Shown: positions 25,646-39,635, counted from the first letter of the stretch. The stretch: DNA of 64,000 nt from Tubulanus polymorphus (GCF_964204645.1 NC_134033.1:10734655-10798654), one strand, 5' to 3'. Numbers and translations: made by a program. Notes: generated by a model not told the origin, from the letters alone.

Positions 25646-28034
25646 GAAATCTACTGAATGCTACTGAAATCCTGCGTGTGAAATTAGCTGAATAAAAACC
25701 TGTTGACTTCAGCTTACAGAATACAACTCTTCAATCCACTGCTGCTGTTATTGTTGCTGCTGCTGCTGAATCGCTGAAGGTCTCTCCAGCGTTTTCGAGT
25801 TGCCGCTATTTTTTTTTCTACCTGCACTCTCCCCGTTTACCGAGAACCGTCGCTGCCCGGTGACTTGATAAATCATTGTTACTATGACAACTGAACAGGA
25901 CAGCAGGCGGAACTCTTACGGAGGAGACGGTGGCGGTGGTGTTTTTAGTTTTTGAGAGTTCCCGTTTCGTCGACTCTCTGTGAGTTCCGTCGTCGGTTCT
26001 GTCGTCGTGTTATTGTCGCGTCGATTAATTATTCAATACGCACAAGAAGAAATGTAACTCCTCGAAATTCTCACAGTCGGCAATTTTTTAATTTCTCTTT
26101 TTTTTCGAAAAGAGCGATTCTTTCGAGACATCTTTCAGTTAGGCAAAACTGAGACTCGGATATTATGAACAGTTTCTAAAACTGGGATATTGCGGTCAGT
26201 TTTTTGGCCAATATTAATGAAATGAGCCCCGGATTCATGAACTATGACATTTAAAGAAAGAAATAGCCCCAACCACCGATGCTGAAATTTACCCTGACTG
26301 GCCTACATCTGTATCATGTAACCCTAACCTTAGGCTCTGACCAGGATTTGAAGCTGTGTCTCAGATTTGACTCTGATTAGTTTAGTTCTGGTGGCCTCAT
26401 CAGTTGCGGTGACTGGTGACCAGTCATTTATGTGACCGGTCACCAGTCAGGTGTGGTGACTGGTTACCAGTCAGGTGCGAAGACTGATGACTGTAGTCAA
26501 GTGTGGTGACCGGACTGGTCACCAGCCAGGCGTGGTGACTGGCATTCACTAGTCAATAATTCTCTGATAACCATCAGGCTAATAACAGCAATCCTTTTAA
26601 CGTGAACAGCAATTTCTCACTAATAAAGATATCTTTTAGGCACAAGAAAGTATAATAACTAGTGTAATTTTGCTTTTACTTCAGATCATCTTCCTCTCTC
26701 TCTCATCTCCTCTCTCTACTCTCTCCTTTATCTCCCTCTCTTCTCCCTCTCCCTTCCACTGTCCCTCCCTCTCATTTCCCTCTCTACCTCTCCCCTCTCA
26801 TTTCTTCTCTCTTCTCTCTCCTTTATCTCCCTCTCTTCTCTCCTCTGTCCTTTCATCTCCCTCTCCCACTGTCCCTCCCTCTCATCTCCCTCTCTACCTC
26901 TCCGCTCCCAATTATTCTCTCTTCTCTCTCCTTTATCTCCCTATCTTCCTCGCTCTGTCCCTATGTCCCTCTATCTACGTTTCTCATCTCCCTCTCTCTA
27001 CCTGTCCCTCATCTCTAAGTTCTCCTCTATACTCCAATCAACTATCTCCCACTTTCTCCTCTAACCCCTGTTCGCGGTGACGATTCAATTCAATGTTTTA
27101 CTTTTCTCGGAGATTCTCACTGATTGCTGAGACGGTGTCTCTTCACCGCGCGCAGTGATGATAACCGTGTCGTACGCCGTGGTGATACAGAAATGATCTC
27201 GTTTGTGTACATATACCCGATTTCTCAGTCGAATCATTCGGCGATATTCGAATAATCGAGAATTGATTTCTAATTTCACACGCGCGGGCTTTCGATCGCG
27301 GCGAATCTAATCTATCGTGAGATTTACTCCCCGGGATTATTAGTTACAACAATACGACTACAGTCTTTCATTTGACTCGCAGCGGGGTTTTCGAATATTG
27401 GATTTAACTGATATTAAGTCGATGGAGAGAATTTCGCCGGAAATATTAAGTTTTTTCATCGCGCTCGTTGAGGGAATTTCACCCGAAATACGAAGATTTT
27501 GCGAGAATTTCGCTAGAAATATTATGTGTTTTTTTTTATGGCTCTCATTCGGAAAATGTCGATATTTCAATAGAAATATAAAGTTTTTCCGGCGGTCTTA
27601 TTGGAAGAATTTCACCTGTGTGATATAAAAGCCGTTGCTCATAGTTGATGGCTAATTGACCTGATACAGTTTAAGAGAGAAGCAGAAACACCTGGGGTAG
27701 TTTCTGCCTCGCGTTTAGTTCTTCTATAAGAGCGAGTTATACAAACGGGTATATACAGCCAATAAAAACATTCCATGTTTGTAAGAACGCGCAGTGAATC
27801 ACCCGATTACCAGGACGGATCCCCTTCATCCTGTTCCCTCCTCACTCCCCTCTTCCTTATCTCTCCTGCTCCCTCTCCCAGTTCTTCTATAAGAGTGAGG
27901 TCTATAAACGGTTACGGCCAATAAACACCTTACACAATAAATACCTCGCTCTCGCTGTCCCTCTCCCTGTCCCTCTCCCTCTCCCTCTCCTCCCTCTATA
28001 CGCCAGACTGTCTCACATAACTCCAGTTACAATG

Positions 28035-28605
28035 ACCTCTCAGTCTCCTCCTTCCCTCTACCTCTCTACTCTCCCTGCCCGTCTCTCCTCTCTACCCTCC
28101 CTCCCTCCCTCCCTCCCCCCTCCCCGGTCTCTCTCTACCCTCCCTCCCTGGTCTCTCCTCCCTCTCCCTCTCTTATCTCTCTCCCTCTCTCTACCCTCCC
28201 TCCCTGGTCACTCCTCTCTAATCTCTCACCTTCTATACCCTCCCTCCCTGGTCTCTCCTCCCTCTCTCTTATCTCTCTCCCTCTCTCTCTCTACCCTCCC
28301 TCCCTGGTCTCTCCTCCCTCCCCCTCTCTTATCTCTCTCCCTCTCTCTACCCTCCCTCCCTGGTCACTCCTCCCTGTCCCTCTTATCTCTCTCCCTCTCT
28401 CTACCCTCCCTCCCTGGTCTCTCCTCCCTCTTCCTCTCTTATCTCTCTCTCTCCCTCTCTCTACCCTCCCTCCCTGGTCTCTCCTCCCTCTCCCTCTCTT
28501 ATCTCTCTACCCTCCCTCCCTGGTCTCTCCTGCCTCTCCCTCTCTAATCTCTCCCTCTCTCTCTACCCTCCCTCCCTGGTCTCTCCTCCCTCTCTCTCTC
28601 CGCCA
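28035..28605. repeat. CT-rich ~45-bp degenerate repeat (ctaccctccctccctggtctctcctccctc)
   Basis: Direct inspection. Confidence 0.9.
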
Positions 28606-28894
28606 GTCTCTTACTCCTGCCATTCTCACGTAACTCCAGTTACAATGTCGATATTGATATTGATTGAATTTGATAATAATCTGATTACCGGCTACGAACA
28701 GAACAGAACCAACGACCGACCGTCGACCGTCAATATTAGCCGAGAATAAATAGATTTAATCCGGGAGTAGATATCAATCACTACCGACCGACCACCACGT
28801 ACAGTGATTTACTACAGGTTTAAATTACTGACACCCCGCGACACTCTGAGCTCCGTGTACAGATTTCCGGTTATATATCGCAGTTGTTATGCTG

Positions 28895-28986
28895 GACCTA
28901 GTTCCACAGTTCGGAGTTTCATTTGACTCTAAAACATTGAAAATTAACTCAGAGTTAACTCTAACTCACAACTGTGGTACTGGATC
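28895..28986. mobile_element. Family A MITE (Harbinger-like), followed by tandem copies of its right end to ~29185
   Basis: TIR GACCTAGTTCCACAGTT / AACTGTGGTACTGGATC, flanked by CTG on both sides. Confidence 0.75.
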
Positions 28987-29185
28987 CTGAGTTCAGTGTT
29001 GATTCTAAATCACAACTGTGGAACTGGATCCTGAGTTCAGTGTTGACTCTAAATCACTACTGTGGAACTGAATCCTGGAGTTCAGAGTTAACTCTAACCC
29101 ATAACAGTGGAACAGGATCCTGAGTTCAGAGTCAATTTTAAATCACAACTGTGGAACTGAATCCTGAGTTCAGAGTCAATTGTAA

Positions 29186-29620
29186 ATCATTTGCCTCCTA
29201 GGACAATTACCCCCCCCCCCCCGAATAAAATCCTTTTTGATTTGGATTAACACCACCTAAATACTTTACTTAGAAATTCATTTGTATATTATTGAATATA
29301 GATTTATGAGATATAGAATTACTGATGTTGTGTGCAGATCAAAAACTTTAAATCAGTCCTTGAGCTATAATAATTCACTTACCAAATTAAAGAAAACTTA
29401 ATTAGTCCACTTATTAGGGCATTAGTTAATGTTGGCTAATTTATTGGAATTAATTTAAGTGTTACTTTAGCCAATCAAAAACTTTAAAGCAGTCCTAAAA
29501 AAATTAGTAGAATGAGTTCACTTTGTCTAATTAATTTGAAGTAAATATCTGTGTTACTTTTAGATTAAAAAGATTTAATTTGGGGGGGAAATTGTCCGGG
29601 GGGGCAATTGTCCTGATACC
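29186..29620. mobile_element. Non-autonomous TIR element with GGACAATT(A/G)CCCCCC subterminal inverted repeats
   Basis: ggacaattacccccc ... ggggggcaattgtcc, AT-rich interior. Confidence 0.55.
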
Positions 29621-31765
29621 ATGGTAAAGCTATGTTGAAATGAGGAGAAATAACCACTATAAGATTGGAGGGAAATTATACATGTCTGAGTTTCTCAGAA
29701 TGAGAAAGTTAATCACTAATATTTAGATTATTGATTGAAATCTGTTGCAGTTCATTATTTACACAATTCTAAATCAAACAAACAAACCGGAATTACGTAA
29801 TAAACAGTGAAATAAACTATTACAGCGATGTGGGAGTGGGAGAGGGAAAGGGTAACGAGAATGGGGTAGAGAGAGAGAGTGGTAGGAAATAGGGGGCAGA
29901 GAGGGTGAATCTGAGAGTGGAAGGAAGGCAGGCAGTAATTTAGGGAGGCAATTTGGTAGCAGGGAGGGAAAGAGAGAAAAAGGTGGAGCATTAGGCTGGA
30001 GGCAAGTATAGGCAGGCAGGGAGGGAGGGTAAAGGGAGAAGGTTATGAAGGAAGGAGGGAGGTTAAAGGGTCAGGAAAGAGGTAGGAAGGGTAAATGGAG
30101 AGGGTTATGAAGGAAAGATGGAGGTTAAAGGGTTAGGAAAGGGGCAGGAAGGGACGGTAAAGTGGGAGGGTTAGGAGGTAAGGTAAAGGGAGAGGCAGGA
30201 AGGGTAAAGGGAGAGGGTTATGAAGGAGGGAGGAAAATGGAGAGGGTTAGGAACGAGGTATATGAGGTCTGGTCTGAGATGTGAGAACCATCTCGCAGCA
30301 TCTTTTTTGTCATCGTCCGATATACTCATTACGTATCTCGGTTATCGATGATATTTTATTGATCGGTTATCATTGATTAGGTATTATTGATTATTGATTA
30401 TTTCAGTCTAGTTATATTTGATGAGATTCTTTGAGATGTTGATAATTATATATATATATAGAGAGAGAGAGAGAATCAGTGTCAGTAATCGATGTGTCTG
30501 AAAACTGGTTCAAATTCGTAGAAAATGTGCCGTCAACATCTAACGTACCAGACAGACAATACCCACGAGTATGAGGTCATTTGTTTATAGCTGGATCCTG
30601 AACTGCGGAACCGATTCCAAAACTTCAGAACTGGGTTCAGAGCTGTAGGAACTGGGTCCAGTAACTCTGGAACTGAGTCTTCAACTATGGAACTGGACGT
30701 ATCGGCCCCACTCCGCGCGGTTGCGCCACCGCGCGGGATTTACGCGAAGCAGCAGAACACAAACACGGCCACTCTCTCAATTTTCAATGATAGAAATCGT
30801 GTGTGCATTTCAATTATTTCGGCTGTTAGGGTTTTAAGGCACAATATAAGTTGATGATGTGATATGGCGATGTTAATTAATGATAATTCCGCAGTGAAGC
30901 TAGTCACGAACGGTGCCGATTGAGTGTACAGCTGCCAAAAACACTGAAATGTGCGTAGTTGCGTAACTATTTGCAGTGAATTGCAGACGAAACATGAAGC
31001 CTTAACGGCCGTTTAAAAAAAATTATACCAATCGCAATTGTAAAATAAAAATGAGATAGAACCTAAGTTAAAATTCTGGCCATTTCTAAAATGTTATTAA
31101 TTATTATTACTAATTTTTAGTCAGTGCGGAAAGTTTAGTTTTCCAACAATAATGAGGGGTGGTTGGTAGTCATGCAATTCAAGTCATCATTTATTACGCG
31201 TTACTTCCGTGTTGTTGAAAATCTCGCGAGTCCTGGACCAAACCCCAATGAACAATGTGATCTGTGTGCTGGCCACAAATGCACAGATCACACTACACTA
31301 CCCATTACACACTCCAGTACCCACAGCTCTCATATATCCATCCTAATATTAAGTGGCTTTCTTACTGGGTTCAGATCTATGGAACTGGGTCTAAATATAT
31401 GTGGAACTGTGTCTAGAAACTACGGAACTGTGTACTATACAGAACTGTGGAACTGGATCCTGGATCTAGAACTGTGGAATTATAACTACATGGAACTGGG
31501 TTCAGAACTATGGAACTGTATACAGAACTGTAGAACTGTTAGGCTAATAGAACCGTGGAACTGTAACTAGAAATGTGGAACTGGATCGAGAACTGTGGAA
31601 ATGTAACAAGAACCGAGGAACTGGGTCTTGAATGGTAGAAATGGTTCCTGGTTTTAGTGTCGCAGTGAGTTATGTGTCCTGCGCTGTTTATAGCTAGTGG
31701 ACACAATCTCCACAATCTCCACCAAGTCGGTGATAAATCACTGCTAGTTTCTGCTATCTCAGCTC

Positions 31766-31803
<38 letters not shown>

Positions 31804-32309
31804 CTCCCCCGCTCAGTTCTCGGTAAATCTGTGCTAATCCTCGGTAGGAAACCGGCACGGGAAGAATTCGTCAGATTGTGTCACTAACAGGACCGGTAAC
31901 CATGGTAATAAACGACACGCGGTGCGTGGATGGCTGGAACACACCGAACGAGCGACGAGCGACGAATGATTTGTTGTGTTTTCGGTTTTTGTCGTGATCT
32001 GTTATTAACTTGAGTGGCCTCATTCCGGTTCATATTACACATAACGCTAAATGTAATACTCTTCGTATACCCGCCGCATTACCCTGGGTATTACCCGTTA
32101 CCAGGACAAAGTTCCACAGTTGTGGACCCAGTTCCACAGTCGTAGCCCCAGATCCACAGTTTTGGACACAGTTCTACAGTTGTAGACCCGGTTTCACAGT
32201 TGTGGATACAGTTCTCCAAGTTTGACGCTTGGATTAGATCTTTTGTAATATGTACTTATTTCAAGTTCAGAATCAAACTTTTGATTAAGTATTTCCATAG
32301 GTAAACCTG

Positions 32310-32570
32310 ATGCTAAACTCAATTTAGGTCATTTAAATGTTTTAGACTTAATTTAGGATTTTCTGTTTTAGACTGAATTTAGGTCATTATCAATGTTTGA
32401 AACTGAATTTAGGCCATTATCAATGTTTTAGGTCATTATCAATGTTTTATACTGAATTTAGGTCATTATCGATGTTTTAAACTGAATTTAGGTCATTTTT
32501 AATGTTTTAAACTCAATGTAGGTCATTTCCAATATTTTAGACAGAATTTAGGCCATTATCAATGTTTTAT
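32310..32570. repeat. ~29-bp minisatellite (ttttagactgaatttaggtcattatcaatg)
   Basis: About 9 copies. Confidence 0.9.
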
Positions 32571-32859
32571 GAAGTCTCTAAGCGGTTATTACCAGGTCTT
32601 TGCCCCTGAAATTATAAATTGCCTTGTCATATTTTATCACTATTGGATTTTTAGTTTCTTATTTTTTTTTATGATTGACGAAAAACTTCTAAAATGTCAA
32701 CAACAGCAGCAGAAGCAGCCGCAGCAGCAGCAGCAGTAGAACCAGTAAAATGCAGTCTATATATGTCCTCCTCTCGAGGGCCTCACGCAGTAAACAAATG
32801 TAAACATTTGTGAATGTGTAATGAAGTGCTCTACTAGGCCCCGGTTTTATAGTCCGATG

Positions 32860-33470
32860 AGTGGGATAGGGGAGAGAAGGAGAAGTGGGTTAGGATAGAA
32901 TAAGAGGAGGGAGAGGAGAAGTGACGGAGAGGGAAGAAAACGTGATGGAGAGAGAGAAGAGAGGAGAATATGATAGAGAGCGAAGAGAGGGTAAGAAGGA
33001 AAGAGTAGAGAGAAAAGGGAGAAAGAGTAGAGGAGGCAGGGAGAGGTAGTTTGTAGGGGAGAGAGAAGGGGGTTAGGAGTTTAGAGGAGAGAGGAAGAGA
33101 AAGCAGAAAGTGAGAGGGAGAGTATAGGAGAAAGTGACAAAGAGAAAAAGGAGAGAGAGGGAGGGAGAGGAGAGGAGGGGAGAAAGTGAAAGGGAGAGAG
33201 GAGAGGAGAAAGTGACAGGGAGAGAGAGGGAGTGAGAGAAGAAAATGAGGGGATGGGAGATGGAGAGAGTAGAAGGAAGGGACGAGATAAGGGAGATGTC
33301 GGGGAGAAGGGAGGGCTATAGTTTGTATAGAGGAGAAAATGTGAGGAGAGAGGTGAAAGTGAGAGGGGAGAGAGAGGAGAGGAAAAAATGCGAGTGGGTA
33401 AGGAGGAATGAGTAAGATGAAGAGTGAAAAGAGAGGAGAGAATGAGGGGAAGAATGGAAAAGGAAGGCTT
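32860..33470. repeat. Polypurine (GA-rich) tract
   Basis: Direct inspection. Similar tracts at 29830-30260 and 50655-51045. Confidence 0.9.
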
Positions 33471-33888
33471 ATTTTTTAGGGCAGCGATAAAGATATGAAA
33501 TCGAGAGATCGAGAAATATTTGCATAAAACCGACGCAGTCAGCCGCGTGCGGTGATCAATCAATCATCGTTCAACAAACACCATCTTATATCAACAAGCT
33601 TCATTTCAATAGATATCACCATCAGACCTTCGGCGTAATTCTCGACTGTCTCCGATACATTGATACCTAGAGAGAATCAGTAATTGCACGTATCAGTCGC
33701 ATCAAACATTTTCAAACCTGTCGGATTCAAAAGCGCTCGAACGAACGCGCGGTATTTTTTCTCTAAAAAGCTATATACGCCGCAACGCCGGTACCGCGCC
33801 TCGCGCCGGTCCGTTAGTCCCAGCCTTCTGAAGCGAAAAAAACCTATCAACGTTTATATCGTTTAACGGTCCATGATATAAGCAACAA

Positions 33889-33962
<74 letters not shown>

Positions 33963-34900
33963 TATCGGTTTCTATGGTAACTCGATAGTAAATATATCAC
34001 GCATGGCCCTGGTCTCTCTCTTTATTTCTGTCTTTCATAAATCGTATTTTTCCCCGTGGCTATTTCAAACGCTTTCGCGGTATCAGTAGCTGCGACCTGT
34101 TTTTTCCATTACTCGGAGAGAGGATTTTTTCAAGAAAGGAAAATTAAAAAGATTTTTTTATACTAAGCGTTTTAAAATGGAAGGGAACAGGAAAGAAAAT
34201 GAAAATAAAAGTTTTTTTTTTATTATTGGAGTATTTTCCGCTTAAAATCTCTGGCTGCTTAGAGTGCGCGGGCGACACTTCTAGGTCGTCCCGTCGTGAG
34301 GTTAAATGAATAATCCAAAAGGATTAGTTTTGGGAAACCGAGATCCGAGGGACGTAAAGCCAACAAACAAACGAAGGACTGCAGAAAAAAATGAAAAAGG
34401 AGTGAAAATTGTGATGAATCTTTTTCCAATGATAGGAGTAATGAAAAAACCTACTCCAAGTAATTAAGAAAGAAAAGCCTAAAAGGAATGGAATTCTTAC
34501 TCAATTGCTGAAATAATGATGATTACAACGCAATAGAAATAAAACTTTAAAAAGAAACAAATCTGAAAAATAACATTCACCCCCCCCCCTTTTCCCTGTG
34601 GCTGTGAGTACGGAATTGATCTTTTGATACGCGTAAATAATGCTTTATTTTTATCAAATTCGGTAAAAGGTTTTCCTGTTCTATAATTGGGGGGAGGGGG
34701 GGTTAGGTTACAGTTCAAACGATGCGAGACATGCTGTATTTACGCCGGTATAGGGCGCGGGGAGGCCGCGACTAATGACATTATCGGGAACCTTTGAGAC
34801 AATCGGGAATTGAAAGATCAAACCGATGTCAGAGATCAAGGCATGCCACTATACGGCTATTGATCATTACTAACAATATGATTTAATCAGATGAGAGAGC

Positions 34901-34931
<31 letters not shown>

Positions 34932-35279
34932 GCGCGGAGAGGAGAGAGAGCACAGAACGTCCCTGAGGCCGTATCGGTAGAAGTTGTTCTCTTTGTGGTT
35001 CGTCAATCTTCAAAAGATCGTCAATTCAATCGTTGACATCTCATCACGTCTTTTGAACTCTAAATTTGCTTATGATCGAGCCTTTAGCTAGTCAGACTTT
35101 CTTCGTCTCTTTCCATCTCTTCTCCTTCTCTTCCTCTCTCACCTCTCCCTCTTCCTCTCTCACCTCTCCCTATTCCTCGATTCGCTTGTTCCTCGACCGA
35201 TGTCGATATTGTAATGCTGCCCTGTGTCCTCATCGATGTCTAGGTTGCTCTGCTAGAGAAAGCTATCGGAATGTTAGAG

Positions 35280-35768
35280 GGCTACACATTGGGGGTATAA
35301 ACTAGGGGGAGTACATTGGGGGTATAAACTAGGGGGAGTACGCCGCATTAAGGGTATCTACTAGGGGGAGGGGTATAGACTGTGGGGTACATCGCGTTAG
35401 AGGTATCGTTTAGAGCATCATTTATTGACTACTCGTGCTGCTCCATCAGATGAAGCTATCAGAATGCTGCTTTGATCTTGAAAGAAGGATTGTCCTTATT
35501 CATTTAATTGGGAGTATCCATTGATCTACAGGGGTACACACTGGGCAGGGTGTCTACTAGAGCTGCGGGTTCTCATTGGGTAGGCTATCTACTAGAGCTA
35601 GGGGTATTCATTGGGCAAGGTATCTACTAGGGCTAGAGGTACTCATTGGGTATAGGGTACCTAGAAGAGTTATGGATACTCATTGGGCAGGTTACCTACA
35701 AGAGCTTGGGGTACTCATTGGGCAGGGTATATACTAGGGTGAGGGGTACTCATTGAGAGTATCTCTAA
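35280..35768. repeat. Degenerate ~32-bp repeats (ggggtactcattgggcagggtatctactagagct)
   Basis: Direct inspection. Confidence 0.8.
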
Positions 35769-35938
35769 ATCATCGTTTATCTCATCATCTCTGTCTACAT
35801 TATGTATGTACTATGAATATAGTATTTTACAGATAATTATAAGATATTTTGACTTTTGAACTATAGTTCACAGGAAATAACGATAATAATCATGATAAAT
35901 AATGATGATAACTAATTCTTAGTTTCTGTATTTTTCAG

Positions 35939-38265
35939 TCGTTCGAACGCGTCCTGGTGCAGAACATACTGCACGGCGAGTCTCCGGCGTTGTGCGAGTC
36001 GATACAGTCGATATCGCGGTGGCGCCTGATACAGGCCGCGTTCCCACACATCGTGCACTGCTGCGCCGCGCTGCTGCTCAACCGCAAGCTGAACAACCCC
36101 GATGAGAAGTTCAGCGCGAGCGAGACGAAACTGCTGTACACGCTGCACTGGATCGTCTTGGACGCGGCGTCCGAGTGCGAGGACAACGACGAGAAAAACG
36201 GCCTGAAATCGGCGAACATCGCCTTGCACAGCCTCACCGTCATACAACTGTTCGTCTACCTGATGGCGCCGCTGGTCCACACGGTCGCCGAGTCAGATTT
36301 CCAAACGTTGAAACTCGAGAACGGTTTGCGCTTGTGGGAACCGTTGTGGGACTATCAACAACCGGACATACCGTGCTTCGCGACGTCCGTCAAACCTAAA
36401 CGCAACGTGCTGAAAGCGAACCACAGCATGTTGAAACTGAACACGAACGCCGCGAATATCTACATCGGCAAGGGCTGTTCGGCCGATAACATACCGGGTA
36501 TTTACCTTGGCGTCGACCCGGTCAGTCAACGCACGAGCCTAGTCGAGTCGTTGACCAGTCCGCTGGCGCCGTTGGCTCGTATGAGCGACGTGTGCGGCAC
36601 GATCTCCGACACGCAGTCCGTCACGATGGAGGTCGTCTGCGAGGTGTGCAACACGGTGATCTATAACAAGCAGGGCGAGCTGTTCGGGCCGTGTCGCTGC
36701 GTCGGAGGGGGTGTCGGAGTCGTAGGCGGAGGAGGTGGGGGAGCGAATAACGATAACTTCCGTTTGAGCGCCGCGTTTCAGAAACTCGCGTCGCCGCTCG
36801 ACAAGGACTTTCTGAAGCAGCGCATCGAAAACGCGATCGCCAGTTCGGCGCGCGGCCCGCCGAATCCGGACATCCTGGCAGCGAGTTACTTCGACGTCGG
36901 CGTGCTGCGCTGTTTGTTCAGCCCGACATGGAGCGAGGACGGCGTCTACTGGGCGCTGCGTTACGTGCACCGCCGGCTGCTCGAGGTCAACGACGAGCTG
37001 ACGCGCACGGAGACTACGCGCGAACGCAGCAAGTCGCTACCCGTTCCAGAGATCATGGTCTCGCTGTACCGGACGCCGTCGTCCCCGAAGGGCAGTGAGG
37101 ATGAACTCGGCAGCAGCATGTCTGACGGGTCATTGTTGGACAGCATCAAGCCGTCGTTTAGCGTAATCCCGCCGGTGTGCCGCGAGATCGCCAACAAGAA
37201 GATGCGCGTTTCCGAACTGCGGCAGTTCTTCGACACGAAGTCGAAATTGTCGCGAATCGAGAGTCTGGACGGCGACGAGCCGGTCGTCGCGGCGACCGCG
37301 CGCGAATCCCGTTACCGTAAACAACGTGATAATCATCGTCGTAGCAACGACGTCGCCGAAGACGACGACAACAATCGAGAGAAAGAGAAATCAAAGGATT
37401 ATATGAAAGTCGAAAAGGACGAGGAACAGACTCCGCCGCCGAGACCGAGCTCGGCGATGGCTAATTACGCGTGCGGTAACCACGACAACAGCATTGACGA
37501 CGACGACTACGACAGCCCGAACGGTAGCTTCTCGGATTTAACGCGGCGCAAGAGTTTACCGTCATTGGGCGCGGGCGCTAGTACGGGCACGACAGGCCTC
37601 GCCGAGACCGAGAGCCAACAGAGTCTGGCGTCGACGTCGACGCCCGCGCAGTACTTCAACAGTTTAAAAGACGCGGTGACGCGCACTTTGAGCTTGCGTC
37701 CCGAGTCGTTGAGCAAGCCGATCATCACGATCACCGAGGACTCGCCGTCCGCGTCGCCGACGCCGTCGAATCGGTCGCAGCAGAAACGCGAGAGCCTCGC
37801 GTCGGAGACGACTGGCACGCACTTCCCGCAGCTGCCGCGCAGTCTCACCGATTCGAACATCAGTTACTCGTGCGAGGAACCGGTCGAAGAGGTCACCGGC
37901 GCCGTGCACTACATACAGCAGAACGGCCATATCAACTACCAGGTCGTGTTGAAGGCCGTGCACGCGGTGACGATGGGTCGCGTGACCGCGCGCGTCTCGG
38001 AGACCATGCTCAACATACTGCACGTGCTGCTCGATTTGGACGTCATCGAAAAAACGAAGAAAGTTAAAGTCGAAGAGAATAATAATAACAACACGAATAA
38101 CAACGATAACGATAAAAAGGGCGTATCCATGACGATGAATAAGGAAGAGAAGGATTCTCCAGCTGCGACTCGTAAGCCAGCAGCAGCAGCTGCTGCATCC
38201 TCCGACCAGAGTAAAAAATCACAACAGATGACAATGCATAATCTAGCCATGGAATGCGTGATTAG
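35939..38265 (+). CDS. unc80: unc-80 exon A (2327 nt; N-terminal conserved domain plus long low-complexity loop)
   Basis: Acceptor ttttcag|TCG (phase 0), donor AG|gtaatt (phase 2). In frame with ORF 35957..38269. Confidence 0.95.
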
Positions 38266-38613
38266 GTAATTAGAAAGTATAATCTCTGGTCCCAGTTACA
38301 CAGTTGTGAGTTGAGTGTGGACCAAGTTACACAGTTGTGAGTTGAGTCTGGACCCAGTTACACAGTTGTGTCTCTGAACCCGGTTCCATAGAGTTGAGTC
38401 TGGACCCAGTCCTACAGTTGAGTTGGGTCTCGACCCGGTTCTACAGTTGTCCATTGTGAGTTTGTGATCTTTTTATTATTTCATTTAACTTCGGAATCAA
38501 AACTGTGTAAACGTGGTCCAGTGTCGTGCAGTTCGACTTAAAAACTTCTGAAAAGTTGATAATTTAATGATGGTTCTTTTAAGTATTAGCAGAAAATTGA
38601 GACAGTCCTTTAA

Positions 38614-38897
38614 CCCTTTCCGTGCTGACTAAGTAATATCCTATACTGCTGGAGAAAATGTGAAAATTTGGGAAAATTCCACCCTAGTGTGTTGAATAAC
38701 AGGAATAGCACTACAATGCGTCTACACCGCAGTGCAGTGTATCATCAGGTTCTAATATTTCACTATGTTTGACGGGTGCTGTCATCTTTGTATAGAGATA
38801 AAAACTAAAAACTAACTCAATACACCACAGTGCGGTGTACTAGCAAAATCCATCACCGATTCATACACTGCACTGCGGTGTAGACGCACTGAAAGGG
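38614..38897. mobile_element. piggyBac-like MITE, copy 1
   Basis: TTAA|CCCTTTCCGTGC ... GCACTGAAAGGG|TTAA. Confidence 0.85.
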
Positions 38898-39054
38898 TTA
38901 AACCAAAAGCGACAAAACATTTATCGCTGAAAATTGAGAATTGAGTAAGATATTCATTTAGACGTAGAAAAACATGAAGACATCGATGAAAGTAGTTTGC
39001 GAAATACTGTTAGAACTGCCGTTTTCTAATCCATCGTTTTTCATTTGACCGTAG

Positions 39055-39305
39055 GATATTCAAAGCGATGGGCTGTCCAAACGGGTGCGGGGACGGATTC
39101 CGCGGCACCGGGGCCGAACAGGTCCGACAGAAAGGACTCCATTGTTTGCAGCGTTTACAGCGAATCCACATCGCTCAATTCCGGAAATATCTGCGAGAAT
39201 TCATCGGTAAACAACCGCTACAAGACATCGTCGACTTCATGCATTCGTTTCTCGGATTTTGTTCGGAAGTCGGACAAAATTCGTCCAGTACTTATTCACC
39301 TACAA
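39055..39305 (+). CDS. unc80: unc-80 exon B (IFKAMGCPNGCGDG...FLGFCSE...)
   Basis: Acceptor ccgtag|G, donor A|gtaagt, phases 2/1. Resembles the conserved LGCxxGCGEG..DFLHxxLGFC segment. Confidence 0.93.
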
Positions 39306-39309
39306 GTAA

Positions 39310-39635
39310 GTGTGCAGATAAATGTGTCTGATGTCTGGTGTTTGTAAATAAGTGTGGGTGATCAGTTTCAGAAAGTTTGCTGATAAAAGGTCTTATGTCT
39401 AGTCTAGTGTTTTTAGTTCATTTTCAATGAAGAATATCTCTGGTGAAGTTCTGAACGCACGTGTGAAGTGTGGACTATCAGTTTCAGAAAGTTTGCTGAT
39501 AAAATGTCTGATGTCTGGTGTTTGTAGTTCATTTTCGAGTAAAAATGTCTCTGGTGAAGTACTGAACATGTGAAGTGTGGATGATCAGTTTTTGAAAGTG
39601 TGCTGATAAAAATAAGATCTAATGTCTGGTGTTTG
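39310..39635. repeat. ~120-bp tandem repeat, about 3 copies (gatcagtttcagaaagtttgctgataaaatgtctgatgtctggtgtttg)
   Basis: Direct inspection. Confidence 0.85.

Noticed and set aside
35912-38250. Multiple antisense and alternate-frame ORFs over exon A (also at 46080-46428, 56285-56819, 63113-63405)
   Set aside because: Shadow ORFs expected from GC3-rich coding sequence.
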